From: Burkholderiales bacterium
Lineage (GTDB): Bacteria; Pseudomonadota; Gammaproteobacteria; Burkholderiales; SG8-39
Assembly (NCBI GenBank): GCA_036379875.1
Contig: DASVFV010000120.1
Location: 1,223-65,222, forward strand
DNA length: 64,000 nt
Reading direction: 5' to 3'
This document shows positions 39,250-47,500 of this stretch, one piece after another (the first letter of the stretch is position 1; the number at the start of each line of letters is the position of its first letter). Below the pieces are notes generated by a model. That model was given only the letters and a program-made list of their open reading frames with translations, made no database searches and was not told where the DNA came from. The position numbers were made by a program, and so were the translations under genes.

Positions 39250-41442
39250 CTACGACGAGTTCCGCGTGCGCCACATCTTTTGCGCCGTGAGCGGCATGTC
39301 GAGGTGGCGCACGCCGAGCGCGTTGACCACCGCATTCACCACCGCGGCCGGCGCGCCGACCGCGCCGGCCTCGCCCGCGCCCTTCACGCCGAGCGGGTTG
39401 TTGGCGCACGGCACGTGGTGGAATCCACAGTCGATGGGCGGCATGTCGCCGGCGCGCGGCATCGCATAGTCCATGAACGAGCCGGTGAGGAGCTGGCCGC
39501 TCGCGGGGTCGTAGAGCGCGTGCTCGAGCAGCGCCTGGCCGATGCCCTGCACCGTGCCGCCCTGCACCTGGCCCTCGAGCAGCTTCGGGTTCATCGCGCG
39601 GCCGAAGTCGTCGACGATGGTATAGCGCTCGATCGAGATCTTGCCGGTGTCGGGATCGACCTCCACCTCGCAGATGTGGCAGCCGTTCGGATACGTGTAA
39701 TCCGCCGGGGCGTGCGTCTGCGTGCTCTCCAGCTTGCCGAGGTCGAAGAGCGAGAGCTTGCGGTCCGTGCCGGCGATCCTGAACTCGCCGTCGCGGTACT
39801 CGATGTCGGACGCGGCGGCCTCGAGGCGGCGCGCGGCTTCCTGCTTGCCTTTCTCGATCACCTCGTCCGCCGCGTTGGTCGCCGCCACCCCGCCGAGCGC
39901 GAGGAAGCGCGAGCCTCCGGTCAGGCCCTCGGCCGGCACCACGTCGGTGTCCCCCTGCACGACCTTGATCTTCGCCGCGTCGACGCCGAGCTTGTAGGAA
40001 AGAAGCTGCACGAACGTCGTGGTGTGCCCTTGCCCGTTGTCCTGCATGCCTGAATATGCAGTTACCCCCTCAGAAGATACCTCGACCCTCACAGTGTCCC
40101 CGGGCCCGCCGCCGCAGCGCTCGATGTACATCCCCACGCCGATGCCGCGCAGCTTTTTCGATTGCGCCTTGCGCTTCTCGAAGCCCTTCCAGTCGGCGCG
40201 CTCCATGGCGCGCTCGAGGAGCGCGGCGAAGTCGCCTGAGTCGTACTTGCTTTCGACCGGCGTCTGGTACGGCATTTCCGACGGCTTGATGAAATTGCGC
40301 CGCCGGATCTCGTCGGGCGCGAGGCCGAGCTCCTGCGCCGCGACGTCGACGGTGCGCTCGAGGAGATAGATCCCCTCGGGACGTCCGGCGCCGCGATACG
40401 CGTCGACCGGCACCGTGTGCGTCAGCGTGCCCTTGACGTTGAGATGAATGGCCGGGATCCGGTATACGCCGGACAGCACCGGCCCGGCGAGCTGCGGAAT
40501 GAACGGTCCGAAATTCGACAGATAGCCGCCCATCGCCGCCCACGTCGTCACCTTCAGCGCGACGAAGCGCCCGTCGCGATCGGTGCCGAGCTCGACGATC
40601 GTGTAGTTGTCGCGCCCCTGCGCGTCCGACACGAAGCTTTCGCTGCGATCGGCGGTCCAGCGCACCGAGCGCTTCAGCCGCCGCGCCGCCCACACCACCG
40701 CCGGCTGCTCGGGATAGAGGAAGATCTTCATCCCGAACGCGCCGCCGACATTCCCCGACACCACGCGCACCTTGTCGCGGCCGGTCTTCAGCACCGCATC
40801 CGCGATCTGCCCGTAGAGATGGTGCGGGCCCTGGCTCGGCGTGATGAGCGTAGTGCGCCCGCTCGCCGCGTCGTACTCCGCGAGCGCCGCGCGCGGCTCG
40901 ATCGGATTCGCGACCAGCCGGTTGTTGACGAGCTCCACGCGCGTCACATGTGCGGCGCTGCGTAACGCCTTGTCGGTTTCCGCTTTCAATCCGAGATCGA
41001 TATCGAACGCGACCTCGCCCTTCCTCGCATCCACCACCGCTGGCAACGGCTCGTAATCAACCTCGACCTCTTCCGCCGCATCCTTCGCCTGCTGCAGCGT
41101 CTCAGCGATCACCATCGCCACCGGATCGCCGACGTGCGACACCTTGCCGATCGCCAGAATCGGCCGCGGCGTTTCCTTGAGGCCGGGAATCGGAATCAGG
41201 CACGGCACATTCCCCAGCCCGTCCGCCGCCACCTCCTTGCCGGTCAGTACCGCCAGCACGCCCGGCGACTTCACCGCTTCGGCAGTCGAGACGCTCTTGA
41301 TCTTCGCGTGCGCATGCGGCGATCGAACGAAGCACACGTGCGCCGCGCGCGCCGGCGCGAAGTCGTCCGCGTAGCGCCCCGCGCCGCGCAGCAGCGTGTC
41401 GTCTTCAATGCGGGAGATGGATTGTCCGAGAGCGAATTTCAT
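39250..41442 (-). CDS. Molybdopterin-binding subunit of the xanthine dehydrogenase / aldehyde oxidase / CoxL family
   Basis: 730 aa. The N-terminus SISRIEDDTLLRGAGRYADD...FVRSPHAHAKI is typical of CoxL/XdhB-like large subunits. Confidence 0.9.
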   Translation of the reverse strand: MKFALGQSISRIEDDTLLRGAGRYADDFAPARAAHVCFVRSPHAHAKIKSVSTAEAVKSPGVLAVLTGKEVAADGLGNVPCLIPIPGLKETPRPILAIGKVSHVGDPVAMVIAETLQQAKDAAEEVEVDYEPLPAVVDARKGEVAFDIDLGLKAETDKALRSAAHVTRVELVNNRLVANPIEPRAALAEYDAASGRTTLITPSQGPHHLYGQIADAVLKTGRDKVRVVSGNVGGAFGMKIFLYPEQPAVVWAARRLKRSVRWTADRSESFVSDAQGRDNYTIVELGTDRDGRFVALKVTTWAAMGGYLSNFGPFIPQLAGPVLSGVYRIPAIHLNVKGTLTHTVPVDAYRGAGRPEGIYLLERTVDVAAQELGLAPDEIRRRNFIKPSEMPYQTPVESKYDSGDFAALLERAMERADWKGFEKRKAQSKKLRGIGVGMYIERCGGGPGDTVRVEVSSEGVTAYSGMQDNGQGHTTTFVQLLSYKLGVDAAKIKVVQGDTDVVPAEGLTGGSRFLALGGVAATNAADEVIEKGKQEAARRLEAAASDIEYRDGEFRIAGTDRKLSLFDLGKLESTQTHAPADYTYPNGCHICEVEVDPDTGKISIERYTIVDDFGRAMNPKLLEGQVQGGTVQGIGQALLEHALYDPASGQLLTGSFMDYAMPRAGDMPPIDCGFHHVPCANNPLGVKGAGEAGAVGAPAAVVNAVVNALGVRHLDMPLTAQKMWRTRNSS

Positions 41443-41546
41443 GTGGTTCAGCGGATATGGAAGATATTCAAGGAACTTGTCCCGACTATCCCGGGCACGA
41501 AGCGCGCAAACGCTTGATCAATTTGCCTCGCTGCAGACTAGCAGCC

Positions 41547-41876
41547 ATGATATCCCGCGTCTATGCAGATGATTTGACGTTAGACCTCATGTCCGTCCTT
41601 GCGACCGTCCTGATCGGCTTATTCGTCGTCGCATGGTTTGTCGCCGCCTGTGCCTTCCTAGCGCTGGCCTGGAATCTCTTTCGCATTCCTATGAGTCTGA
41701 AGCCTGGGGCTGGCGTTCCACTAGGTAATCCCTTCAACGCCATTCTTAGACCAGAGTTACTTTCCGAGTCCGGGTTGGCCGCACGGCGTCGCGCTGGCTT
41801 AGCGCTGTTAACCTTCGTTGTCATGCTGCTCGCCGGTGCGCTTAGCGGACTCTTGGCGAAAGTGTTGGCACCATGA
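41547..41876 (+). CDS. Hypothetical membrane protein
   Basis: Two or three hydrophobic helices (VLATVLIGLFVVAWFVAACAFLALAW; LALLTFVVMLLAGALSGLL). The start is uncertain (41457, 41547 or 41589). It lies in the AT-richer islet. Confidence 0.45.
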   Translation: MISRVYADDLTLDLMSVLATVLIGLFVVAWFVAACAFLALAWNLFRIPMSLKPGAGVPLGNPFNAILRPELLSESGLAARRRAGLALLTFVVMLLAGALSGLLAKVLAP

Positions 41877-41925
41877 GGTCTAACACCGCGTTGATGTCCG
41901 ACGCCTCCAGCTCGCTGCGCTGCGC

Positions 41926-42552
41926 ATGCGGCGCGGCAAGACGCGGACGTTAGCTCTCACCGATGCTCAGCGACATGCCGATACCGGAGGGCCTTTGAAA
42001 CCTCATGAGCTTGTAGCAAGGTTCGCGGTCGCAGCCAATTGCGCCGAGCCTATGGCCGCAGCACGAGCTGAACTCGAGCAGCTGAAGAGCAATATTGCTG
42101 AGGTCGACGAGGCGCTGCGCTACATCTCCGGAGTTGGCGGCAACGCGCGGCAAGTATTCTATCGTTCGCCCAACCTCACGCTGCTCAAGGTGTGCTTTCC
42201 CGCCGGGCGGCGCACGCCACCGCATGACCACGGGACGTGGGCAGCGATTCTGCTTCTTTCCGGCGAAGAGAAGAACACGCTCTATCGCGTCCAGAATGAA
42301 CAGCTGCGCAAGGCGACCGAGGTCACTATCAACCCCGGCATGATCCTCGGTATGCGAGCCGAGACGCCGCACGTCGTCGAATGCATCGGCAATGCACCCA
42401 CGATAGGACTGCATGTCTACGGCGGCGACATCTTCGAGCTGCCGCGCCACATGTGGCATCCGCAAACCCTTCAGGTACACCCGCTCGATTGGACACTCTA
42501 CGAAAGCTTCGCACGTATTGCATCCGAGGCGCCCGCGGCGCCGTCGCCGTAG
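41926..42552 (+). CDS. Cupin-fold protein, cysteine dioxygenase type I-like
   Basis: Cupin metal motif TPPHDHGTWAAILLLSGEE...HVVE. The antisense 201-aa ORF has no recognisable motif. Confidence 0.65.
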   Translation: MRRGKTRTLALTDAQRHADTGGPLKPHELVARFAVAANCAEPMAAARAELEQLKSNIAEVDEALRYISGVGGNARQVFYRSPNLTLLKVCFPAGRRTPPHDHGTWAAILLLSGEEKNTLYRVQNEQLRKATEVTINPGMILGMRAETPHVVECIGNAPTIGLHVYGGDIFELPRHMWHPQTLQVHPLDWTLYESFARIASEAPAAPSP

Positions 42553-42669
42553 CACGATGTGATGGCTTAGGCCCGTGAGACCTGAAAGCGCGTTGGTGAC
42601 CGACGCTTGCGCTGCGGCGCTCCTTCGTCGCGCCTCTCTCAGCGCGGCAAAAGGCGAACGTCAGGTGCC

Positions 42670-43025
42670 ATGACCGCAGCGCGCAAAGCGCTAATGAAGT
42701 GGGTTGCGTCAATCGCTTTCGTCGCCGTTGTCATCTTGTTGCTTCTAGTGGTTAACGACGCGGATATTGTCATCGTCCTGGGGCTGGTGCTCTTCTTCTT
42801 GGCGGCTCCCATGCTCGTCCTCTTGACCATCGATTGTTCGGCTTTGTGGCCGCGGCTCTCGGCGTGGCGATCACCCTTTGGACGGCGTACAACTTGCTTG
42901 TTGAACGTCAGCCGCAGTTCACTGGTGGACTTATCCCCTCGCTCGGCATAGGACCGGCGCTAGCCTTGGCCGGATACTGGTGGATGAGGACCGCATTCAC
43001 AAGAAAACGGGGCAGCGGACGTTAG
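42670..43025 (+). pseudogene. Frameshifted small membrane protein gene
   Basis: The hydrophobic reading MTAARKALMKWVASIAFVAVVILLLLVV...LVLLTI continues sensibly only in another frame (FGFVAAALGVAITLWTAYNLL... to stop 43025) after about 42830-42836. The original frame becomes Arg/Ser-rich. Confidence 0.45.
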
Positions 43026-43048
43026 AGAGCATCGTGTACATCACACGC

Positions 43049-43326
43049 ATGTGGTTCTCGGAGAACGAGCGCATTGGCTTTATGAGATGCACGCCCGCCG
43101 GCTACAGGCTGGTCGGCGTTGCTGGATGGGTCGGGATACTTGGTTGGCTCCAATTTCTTGTGCTTGTGGCGATTTTCATCCTCTTCGGGGTCACTCGCCT
43201 GTTAAGAACTTCGAGTACCACTACAAGCCGGACTTCGCTTCCTGGCTGGACGGCGACGCTCGGAAAACCTATCCACCGAATCGCGCCATAGAACCCGTGG
43301 GGGCTGGATTACCAAGTGCGCCCTAA
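43049..43326 (+). pseudogene. Frameshifted small membrane protein gene
   Basis: MWFSENERIGFMRCTPAGYRLVGVAGWVGILGWLQFLVLVAIFILFG is followed by S/T/R-rich junk in the same frame. A plausible continuation (SPVKNFEYHYKPDFASWLDGD...) is in another frame. The shift is near the G-run at 43187-43190. Confidence 0.4.
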
Positions 43327-43381
43327 GCCTCGCGTTGCAAGATCGGCGGCGGGCGCATCGCCAAGCCCTCGGGACGGTCGC

Positions 43382-43387
43382 TATAAT
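43382..43387 (+). promoter_or_regulatory. Consensus -10 hexamer TATAAT upstream of the SEC-C gene
   Basis: Exact TATAAT, followed by the hairpin GCCCCG-TCAT-CGGGGC (43393-43408) and a GGAGG Shine-Dalgarno sequence (43419-43423) 6 nt before ATG 43430. No good -35 hexamer was seen. Confidence 0.3.
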
Positions 43388-43429
43388 CCGCCGCCCCGTC
43401 ATCGGGGCATTCGCAAACGGAGGTGTGTC

Positions 43430-44073
43430 ATGAAGCACAAAGCCAAGCACCTCGACCAGTTCTGGTTTCGAGGCCACGAGCAAGCGTAGGAAGGGCTACC
43501 CTTCCGAAACCCGGGTCAAACGCGGGCATCGCGTCGTGAACGGGAACAAGGAGCTTCTCGAGAAGCTCGGCCGCAACGATCCATGCCCCTGCGGCTCCGG
43601 GCGCCGGTTTCAAGCACTGTTGCATGCTTACCGGCGAGTTCGATGGCTCCGATCGCGATCACTTCTTTCAGAGAGTGAGCACTGTGCCATGCATGGCCTC
43701 GTGCGCGCGCGCCGGTTGCTGCGAACATCAGGCAGAACAAATGCAAACTGACAGGAGCGGCCCGGCGCGCTATACGACACCCGACGGCAAGTTCACCCTC
43801 ATGGTCGTGCCGGAGCATGACTTGCTCGGTTTCGAGGGCTACCCGTGGCACACGCATGGCGAGTTCCTGCCCAATGTGTACCGGATCGCCTCGGTGGCGG
43901 AGTTTCTTGACGCACTATTCGCCGATCGCCTCGTGATGGCCGTGTCGTGGAGTGGAGATTCTGTTCACGATGTCTACGTCACCGACGATCCGGAAGGGGA
44001 GAATGAATGGGCAAAGGAAGGCAAAACGCTTGAGCTGCGCTATTGGAGCGGGCGGCCATATCATGCCGGCTGA
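43430..44073 (+). pseudogene. SEC-C-motif protein gene disrupted by two frameshifts
   Basis: Frame 1 reads [19 protein letters not shown] then TAG. Frame 2 reads ...[24 protein letters not shown]. Frame 3 reads [11 protein letters not shown]... to 44073. The SEC-C motif CPCGSG-x2-FKHCC is split exactly at the T-run 43608-43610. Confidence 0.55.
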
Positions 44074-44138
44074 CAGCGGATGACGAGCGCGATCACTTTT
44101 AGTCCGAGCCCGATCCGGCCGCTTTCTGTCGGCGGGTC

Positions 44139-44423
44139 GTGATGCTGTCGGACCGGGCGAAGGAACTGCTGCTCGCGCCGTTCGCGATCTCGCCGATCAT
44201 CGGGCGCTTTGCGTTTCCGGGCGTGGTCGGATGCGTGCTTTTCGGCATCGGCGTGTGGCAGCAGATGACCTGGCTCAAAGTCACCGGCGCGATCCTCGCG
44301 GCGCCGATTGTTTGGGCCTATGCTGTGCTGCTCTTCGTTTACTGTCCGATTCTGCTCATCGAGGGTATCCGTAAGGGAATAGACGCATGGCGAAAGCGCA
44401 CCCGGTTTCCGTCGCAACGCTGA
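44139..44423 (+). CDS. Hypothetical small membrane protein (94 aa)
   Basis: Three hydrophobic segments. It overlaps the SnoaL-like start by 37 nt. Confidence 0.4.
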   Translation: MMLSDRAKELLLAPFAISPIIGRFAFPGVVGCVLFGIGVWQQMTWLKVTGAILAAPIVWAYAVLLFVYCPILLIEGIRKGIDAWRKRTRFPSQR

Positions 44424-44776
44424 AGGCAATCGCCGATGCGTTCAACGCTCACGATCTGGACGCGATCATGGAGTTCTTCGCGGACGATTGCTCGCTCGAC
44501 ATGCCGCGCGGGCCGGATCCGTGGGGCAAGCGTTTCACTGGCAAGGCGGCAGTCCGGGAAGGGCTGGCGGCGCGGCTCAAGGGCCTGCCGGATGTCCACT
44601 ACGGCGAGGACCGGCACTGGGTGAGCGGCAACCTGGGCGTGTCCGAGTGGCTGCTGACCGGAACGACGCCGGACGGAACTCGAATCCGGGTGCGCGGCTG
44701 CGACCACTGGGAATTCCGCGACGGCAAGGTGATCCGCAAGGACTCGTACTGGAAGATCGTCGATCGATCGCCATGA
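44387..44776 (+). CDS. SnoaL-like / NTF2-fold protein
   Basis: LKAIADAFNAHDLDAIMEFFADDC is a typical SnoaL N-terminal motif. 129 aa. Confidence 0.8.
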   Translation: MAKAHPVSVATLKAIADAFNAHDLDAIMEFFADDCSLDMPRGPDPWGKRFTGKAAVREGLAARLKGLPDVHYGEDRHWVSGNLGVSEWLLTGTTPDGTRIRVRGCDHWEFRDGKVIRKDSYWKIVDRSP

Positions 44777-45771
44777 GGAGAGACTTGCGCGTCGCGGTGC
44801 TGGACGACTATCACGGCGTCTTCGATGCCGACCCGGCGATCCAGCGCCTGCGCCGGCGCGTCCCGGTGGACGTGCATACCGAGAAGCTTGCGCTGGAGCG
44901 CATCCGGCAGTATCCGATCCTCATTGCGATGCGCGAGCGCACGCGCTTCGACGCGGCGTTCTTCGCCGCCATGCCGGACCTCGAGCTGATCTCGCAAACC
45001 GGCAACCACGCGTACCACGTCGACATGGCGGCGGCGACGAAGGCCGGCGTGCTCGTCGGCATGGCATCGTCGGACGTGCAGGCGATGGGCGCCATCGCGC
45101 GCTCCACCCTCGAGCTCACGTTCGGCTTGATGATCGCCGTGCTTAGGCGCATCCCGCAGACCGACGCGGCGATGCGACGCGGCAAGTGGCCGTCGTTCGC
45201 GGGACGCACGCTCGCGGGCAAGAAGCTCGGCATTCTCGGCCTCGGCCGCATCGGCCGCGAGGTGGCTGCGGTGGCGCGCGCCTTCGGCATGCAGGTGCTC
45301 GCCTGGGGCCCGACGCTCGACGCGGCGCGCGCCGAGCGCTCGCAAGTAAAGTTCATGGAGCTCGAAGCGTTGCTCGAGGAGGCCGACGTCGTCACCGTGC
45401 AGCTCAGGCTTTCGGAGCAGAGCCGCGGGCTGCTCAACGAGGCGCGGCTGCGCCGCATCGGGCCGAAGGGCGTGCTGATCAATACGGCGCGCGGCGCGAT
45501 CGTGGACGAGAAGGCGCTGGCGCGCGTGCTCGCCGAGGGCGCGCTCGGCGCCGCCGGGATCGACGTGTTCGAGGAAGAGCCGCTGCCCGCCGACTCGCCG
45601 CTGCGGCGCCTCGACAACGTGGTGCTGACCTCGCACCTGGGCTGGCCGGCGGACCTCACTTATGCCACCTTCGCGCAGGCCGCGGTCGGGATCGTGGAAG
45701 CGTATCTCGACGGCAAGTACACGAGCGCGGTGAACCCGGACGCGCTCCAGCATCGAAAGGGACGCTCATGA
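44773..45771 (+). CDS. D-isomer-specific 2-hydroxyacid dehydrogenase family protein
   Basis: ATGA overlap with the upstream gene. NAD motif GILGLGRIGREVA, catalytic region INTARGAIVDE...TSHLGW. Confidence 0.9.
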   Translation: MRRDLRVAVLDDYHGVFDADPAIQRLRRRVPVDVHTEKLALERIRQYPILIAMRERTRFDAAFFAAMPDLELISQTGNHAYHVDMAAATKAGVLVGMASSDVQAMGAIARSTLELTFGLMIAVLRRIPQTDAAMRRGKWPSFAGRTLAGKKLGILGLGRIGREVAAVARAFGMQVLAWGPTLDAARAERSQVKFMELEALLEEADVVTVQLRLSEQSRGLLNEARLRRIGPKGVLINTARGAIVDEKALARVLAEGALGAAGIDVFEEEPLPADSPLRRLDNVVLTSHLGWPADLTYATFAQAAVGIVEAYLDGKYTSAVNPDALQHRKGRS

Positions 45772-46274
45772 ACGTCAGCGAAGCGATCGAGAAGCTGCGC
45801 AGCTCGATTTCCGCCGATCCATCCAAGGCGCGCGCGAAGAACGTGCCCGCCACTGCGCGGCTGGTGAGCGGGCTGCAGTGCGAGCTGAGAGGCCCGTACG
45901 GGGAGCGCGTGCTGACCGACATGCCGCCCGCCATGGGCGGCGCGGCGGGCGGCCCGAATCCCGGCTGGCTGATGCGCGGCGCGATCGCGTCGTGCACCGC
46001 CACCGTGATCGCGATGCGCGCGGCGCACGACGGCATCGAGCTGGGCGAGCTCGAGGTCACCGTGGAGAGCGACTCGGACCTGCGCGGCATCCTCGGCATC
46101 GACGAGAGCATCTCGGCCGGCCACCATGCGATCCGCATGAAGGTGAAGATCGGCTCGCCGAGCGCGTCGCCCCAGGCGCTGCGCGAGCTGGTGGAGTGGG
46201 CCGAGGCGCACTCGCCGGTCGGCTGCACGATCAAGGATGCGCCGGCGTGCAAGCTGGAAGTCCAGGTCCTGTAG
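45768..46274 (+). CDS. OsmC/Ohr-family protein
   Basis: ATGA overlap with the upstream gene. GPNPGWLMRGAIASCTA...HSPVGCT carries the two conserved Cys of the OsmC fold. Confidence 0.85.
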   Translation: MNVSEAIEKLRSSISADPSKARAKNVPATARLVSGLQCELRGPYGERVLTDMPPAMGGAAGGPNPGWLMRGAIASCTATVIAMRAAHDGIELGELEVTVESDSDLRGILGIDESISAGHHAIRMKVKIGSPSASPQALRELVEWAEAHSPVGCTIKDAPACKLEVQVL

Positions 46275-46291
46275 CCGATCTCCATGCCGCG

Positions 46292-46705
46292 GTGAAGCGC
46301 GGCGACCTGCCGGCGATGCGCCGGCTATTGGAGAAGAATCCCGCGCTCGCCAATGCGCGCAGCGCAACGGACCCGCGCGGCACCTATCCGCTGCACGTCG
46401 CCGCCGAGGCCGGGCAGGAAGGCGCGGCACGCCTGCTGCTCGAGTACGGCGCGGACGTTTCGCGGCTCGACCTCGAGAACGATTCCACTGCGCTCGGCTG
46501 GGCGGCGTTCTTCGGCCGGCCCGAAGTGGTGAAGGTGCTGCTCGGCGCCGGCTCGGAGGTGAACCAGCGCAACAAGCACGGCCTCACGCCGCTCGGCTGC
46601 GCGGTGGGCGGCACGCTCGGGCGCTGGCAGAAGTTCTCCAGCGCCTCGACCGACGACTGGCGCAAGGCGGCCGAGCTGATTCGCTCGCGCGGCGGCCAGG
46701 AGTAA
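46292..46705 (+). CDS. Ankyrin-repeat protein
   Basis: YPLHVAAEAGQEGAARLLLEYGADV and TALGWAAFFGRPEVVKVLLGAGSEVN repeats. The start is uncertain (GTG 46292 or ATG 46316). Confidence 0.7.
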   Translation: MKRGDLPAMRRLLEKNPALANARSATDPRGTYPLHVAAEAGQEGAARLLLEYGADVSRLDLENDSTALGWAAFFGRPEVVKVLLGAGSEVNQRNKHGLTPLGCAVGGTLGRWQKFSSASTDDWRKAAELIRSRGGQE

Positions 46706-46711
46706 AAATCC

Positions 46712-46795
46712 GGGGACGGAGCCCTAACTGCGGGAAAACGGGGTCCCCGCCCCCGACTGAACCACTCGGGGGTGACGTTCCTTCGCGGGGACGAC
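46712..46795. repeat. Composite REP cluster: family-A half-site plus family-C hairpin carrying an internal ~29-nt insertion
   Basis: GGGGACGGAGCCCTAAC at 46712-28. Then GGGGTCCCCGC...CTTCGCGGGGACGAC at 46740-95, interrupted in its loop by CCCCGACTGAACCACTCGGGGGTGACGTT. Confidence 0.8.
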
Positions 46796-46812
46796 TAACT
46801 GGTCTTTTCCCC

Positions 46813-47436
46813 TTAGGGGCAGGGCTTGGGCTTGCGCGGCTTGGCGAGGAACGCGCTGATCTGCCCGGCGATCTGCTTGTATTCGTCCACGTGGCCGTAG
46901 GCGGCGACGAAGTACTCGAGTAGCTCGCGGGCGTCCTGGCGCTCCTGCTCGAGGCGCCGGCACTCGCGCTCGGCGGCCTCGCGCGCTTCCTGCGCCGCGC
47001 GCTCGCGGGCCAGCGCTTCGGCCTCGGCCTTCTCGCGCGCTTCGCGCTCGGCCTGGGCCTTGCGCGCGGCCTCTTCCTCCTGGCGGCGGCGCTCGGCGGC
47101 GAGCCGCGCTTCCTCGGCCTCGCGCGCCTTGCGCGCGGCCTCTTCCGCGGCAAGCGCCGCGGCGCGCTCGCGCTCGAGGCGCTCGCGCTCCGCGCGCTCG
47201 GCGGCTTCCTTGCGCAGCCTGGCCTGGCGCTCCTCTTCCGCAGCCCGGGCGCGCCGCTCGGCCTCGGTGACCTCGCGGCATTTCAGGTTTCCGCCTTCGG
47301 TATCGAACTGTCGGCTGCAGTCCCGCTCGCTCACCTTGCGCGTCGGGTCCATTACCGGCCCGCTCGGTTCCTGCGGCGTGCTGGCGCAGCCGGCCGCAAG
47401 CGCAAGGAGCAGGACGACGGTTACGTTCTTATTCAT
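46813..47436 (-). CDS. Lipoprotein with long Glu/Arg/Ala-rich helical domain
   Basis: Lipobox LALAAGC. About 110 aa of EAERRARAAEEERQARLRKEAAERAERERLERERAA..., then a C-terminal globular tail with Cys residues. Confidence 0.7.
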   Translation of the reverse strand: MNKNVTVVLLLALAAGCASTPQEPSGPVMDPTRKVSERDCSRQFDTEGGNLKCREVTEAERRARAAEEERQARLRKEAAERAERERLERERAAALAAEEAARKAREAEEARLAAERRRQEEEAARKAQAEREAREKAEAEALARERAAQEAREAAERECRRLEQERQDARELLEYFVAAYGHVDEYKQIAGQISAFLAKPRKPKPCP

Positions 47437-47500
47437 GGCTCTCCCTTATTCGATCCACCGCTCGGAGCGAAGGATACGCGCAGCGCGCTCGGCGCGCGAA

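Noticed and set aside
41547-41600. A YADD tetrapeptide (MISRVYADDL) reminiscent of a reverse-transcriptase active site, raising the possibility of a retron or DGR.
   Set aside because: The ORF is a ~110-aa hydrophobic protein with no other RT motifs. No template or variable repeats or msr/msd-like structure were seen nearby.
41950-42555. A 201-aa minus-strand ORF antisense to the cupin gene.
   Set aside because: It has no recognisable motifs, whereas the plus-strand frame carries a cupin metal-binding motif (HDH...E...H). Only one of the two is likely to be real.
41443-44430. Calling the AT-richer islet a mobile element or genomic island.
   Set aside because: No integrase, transposase, tRNA attachment site, flanking direct repeats or conjugation or phage genes were found. 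Only composition and pseudogenisation support foreign origin, so I report it as a finding and not as a mobile_element feature.
46900-47280. An apparent GC-rich tandem DNA repeat.
   Set aside because: I could find no exact repeat unit. The periodicity comes from GAG/CGC/GCG codons encoding the Glu/Arg/Ala-rich helix of the lipoprotein on the minus strand.
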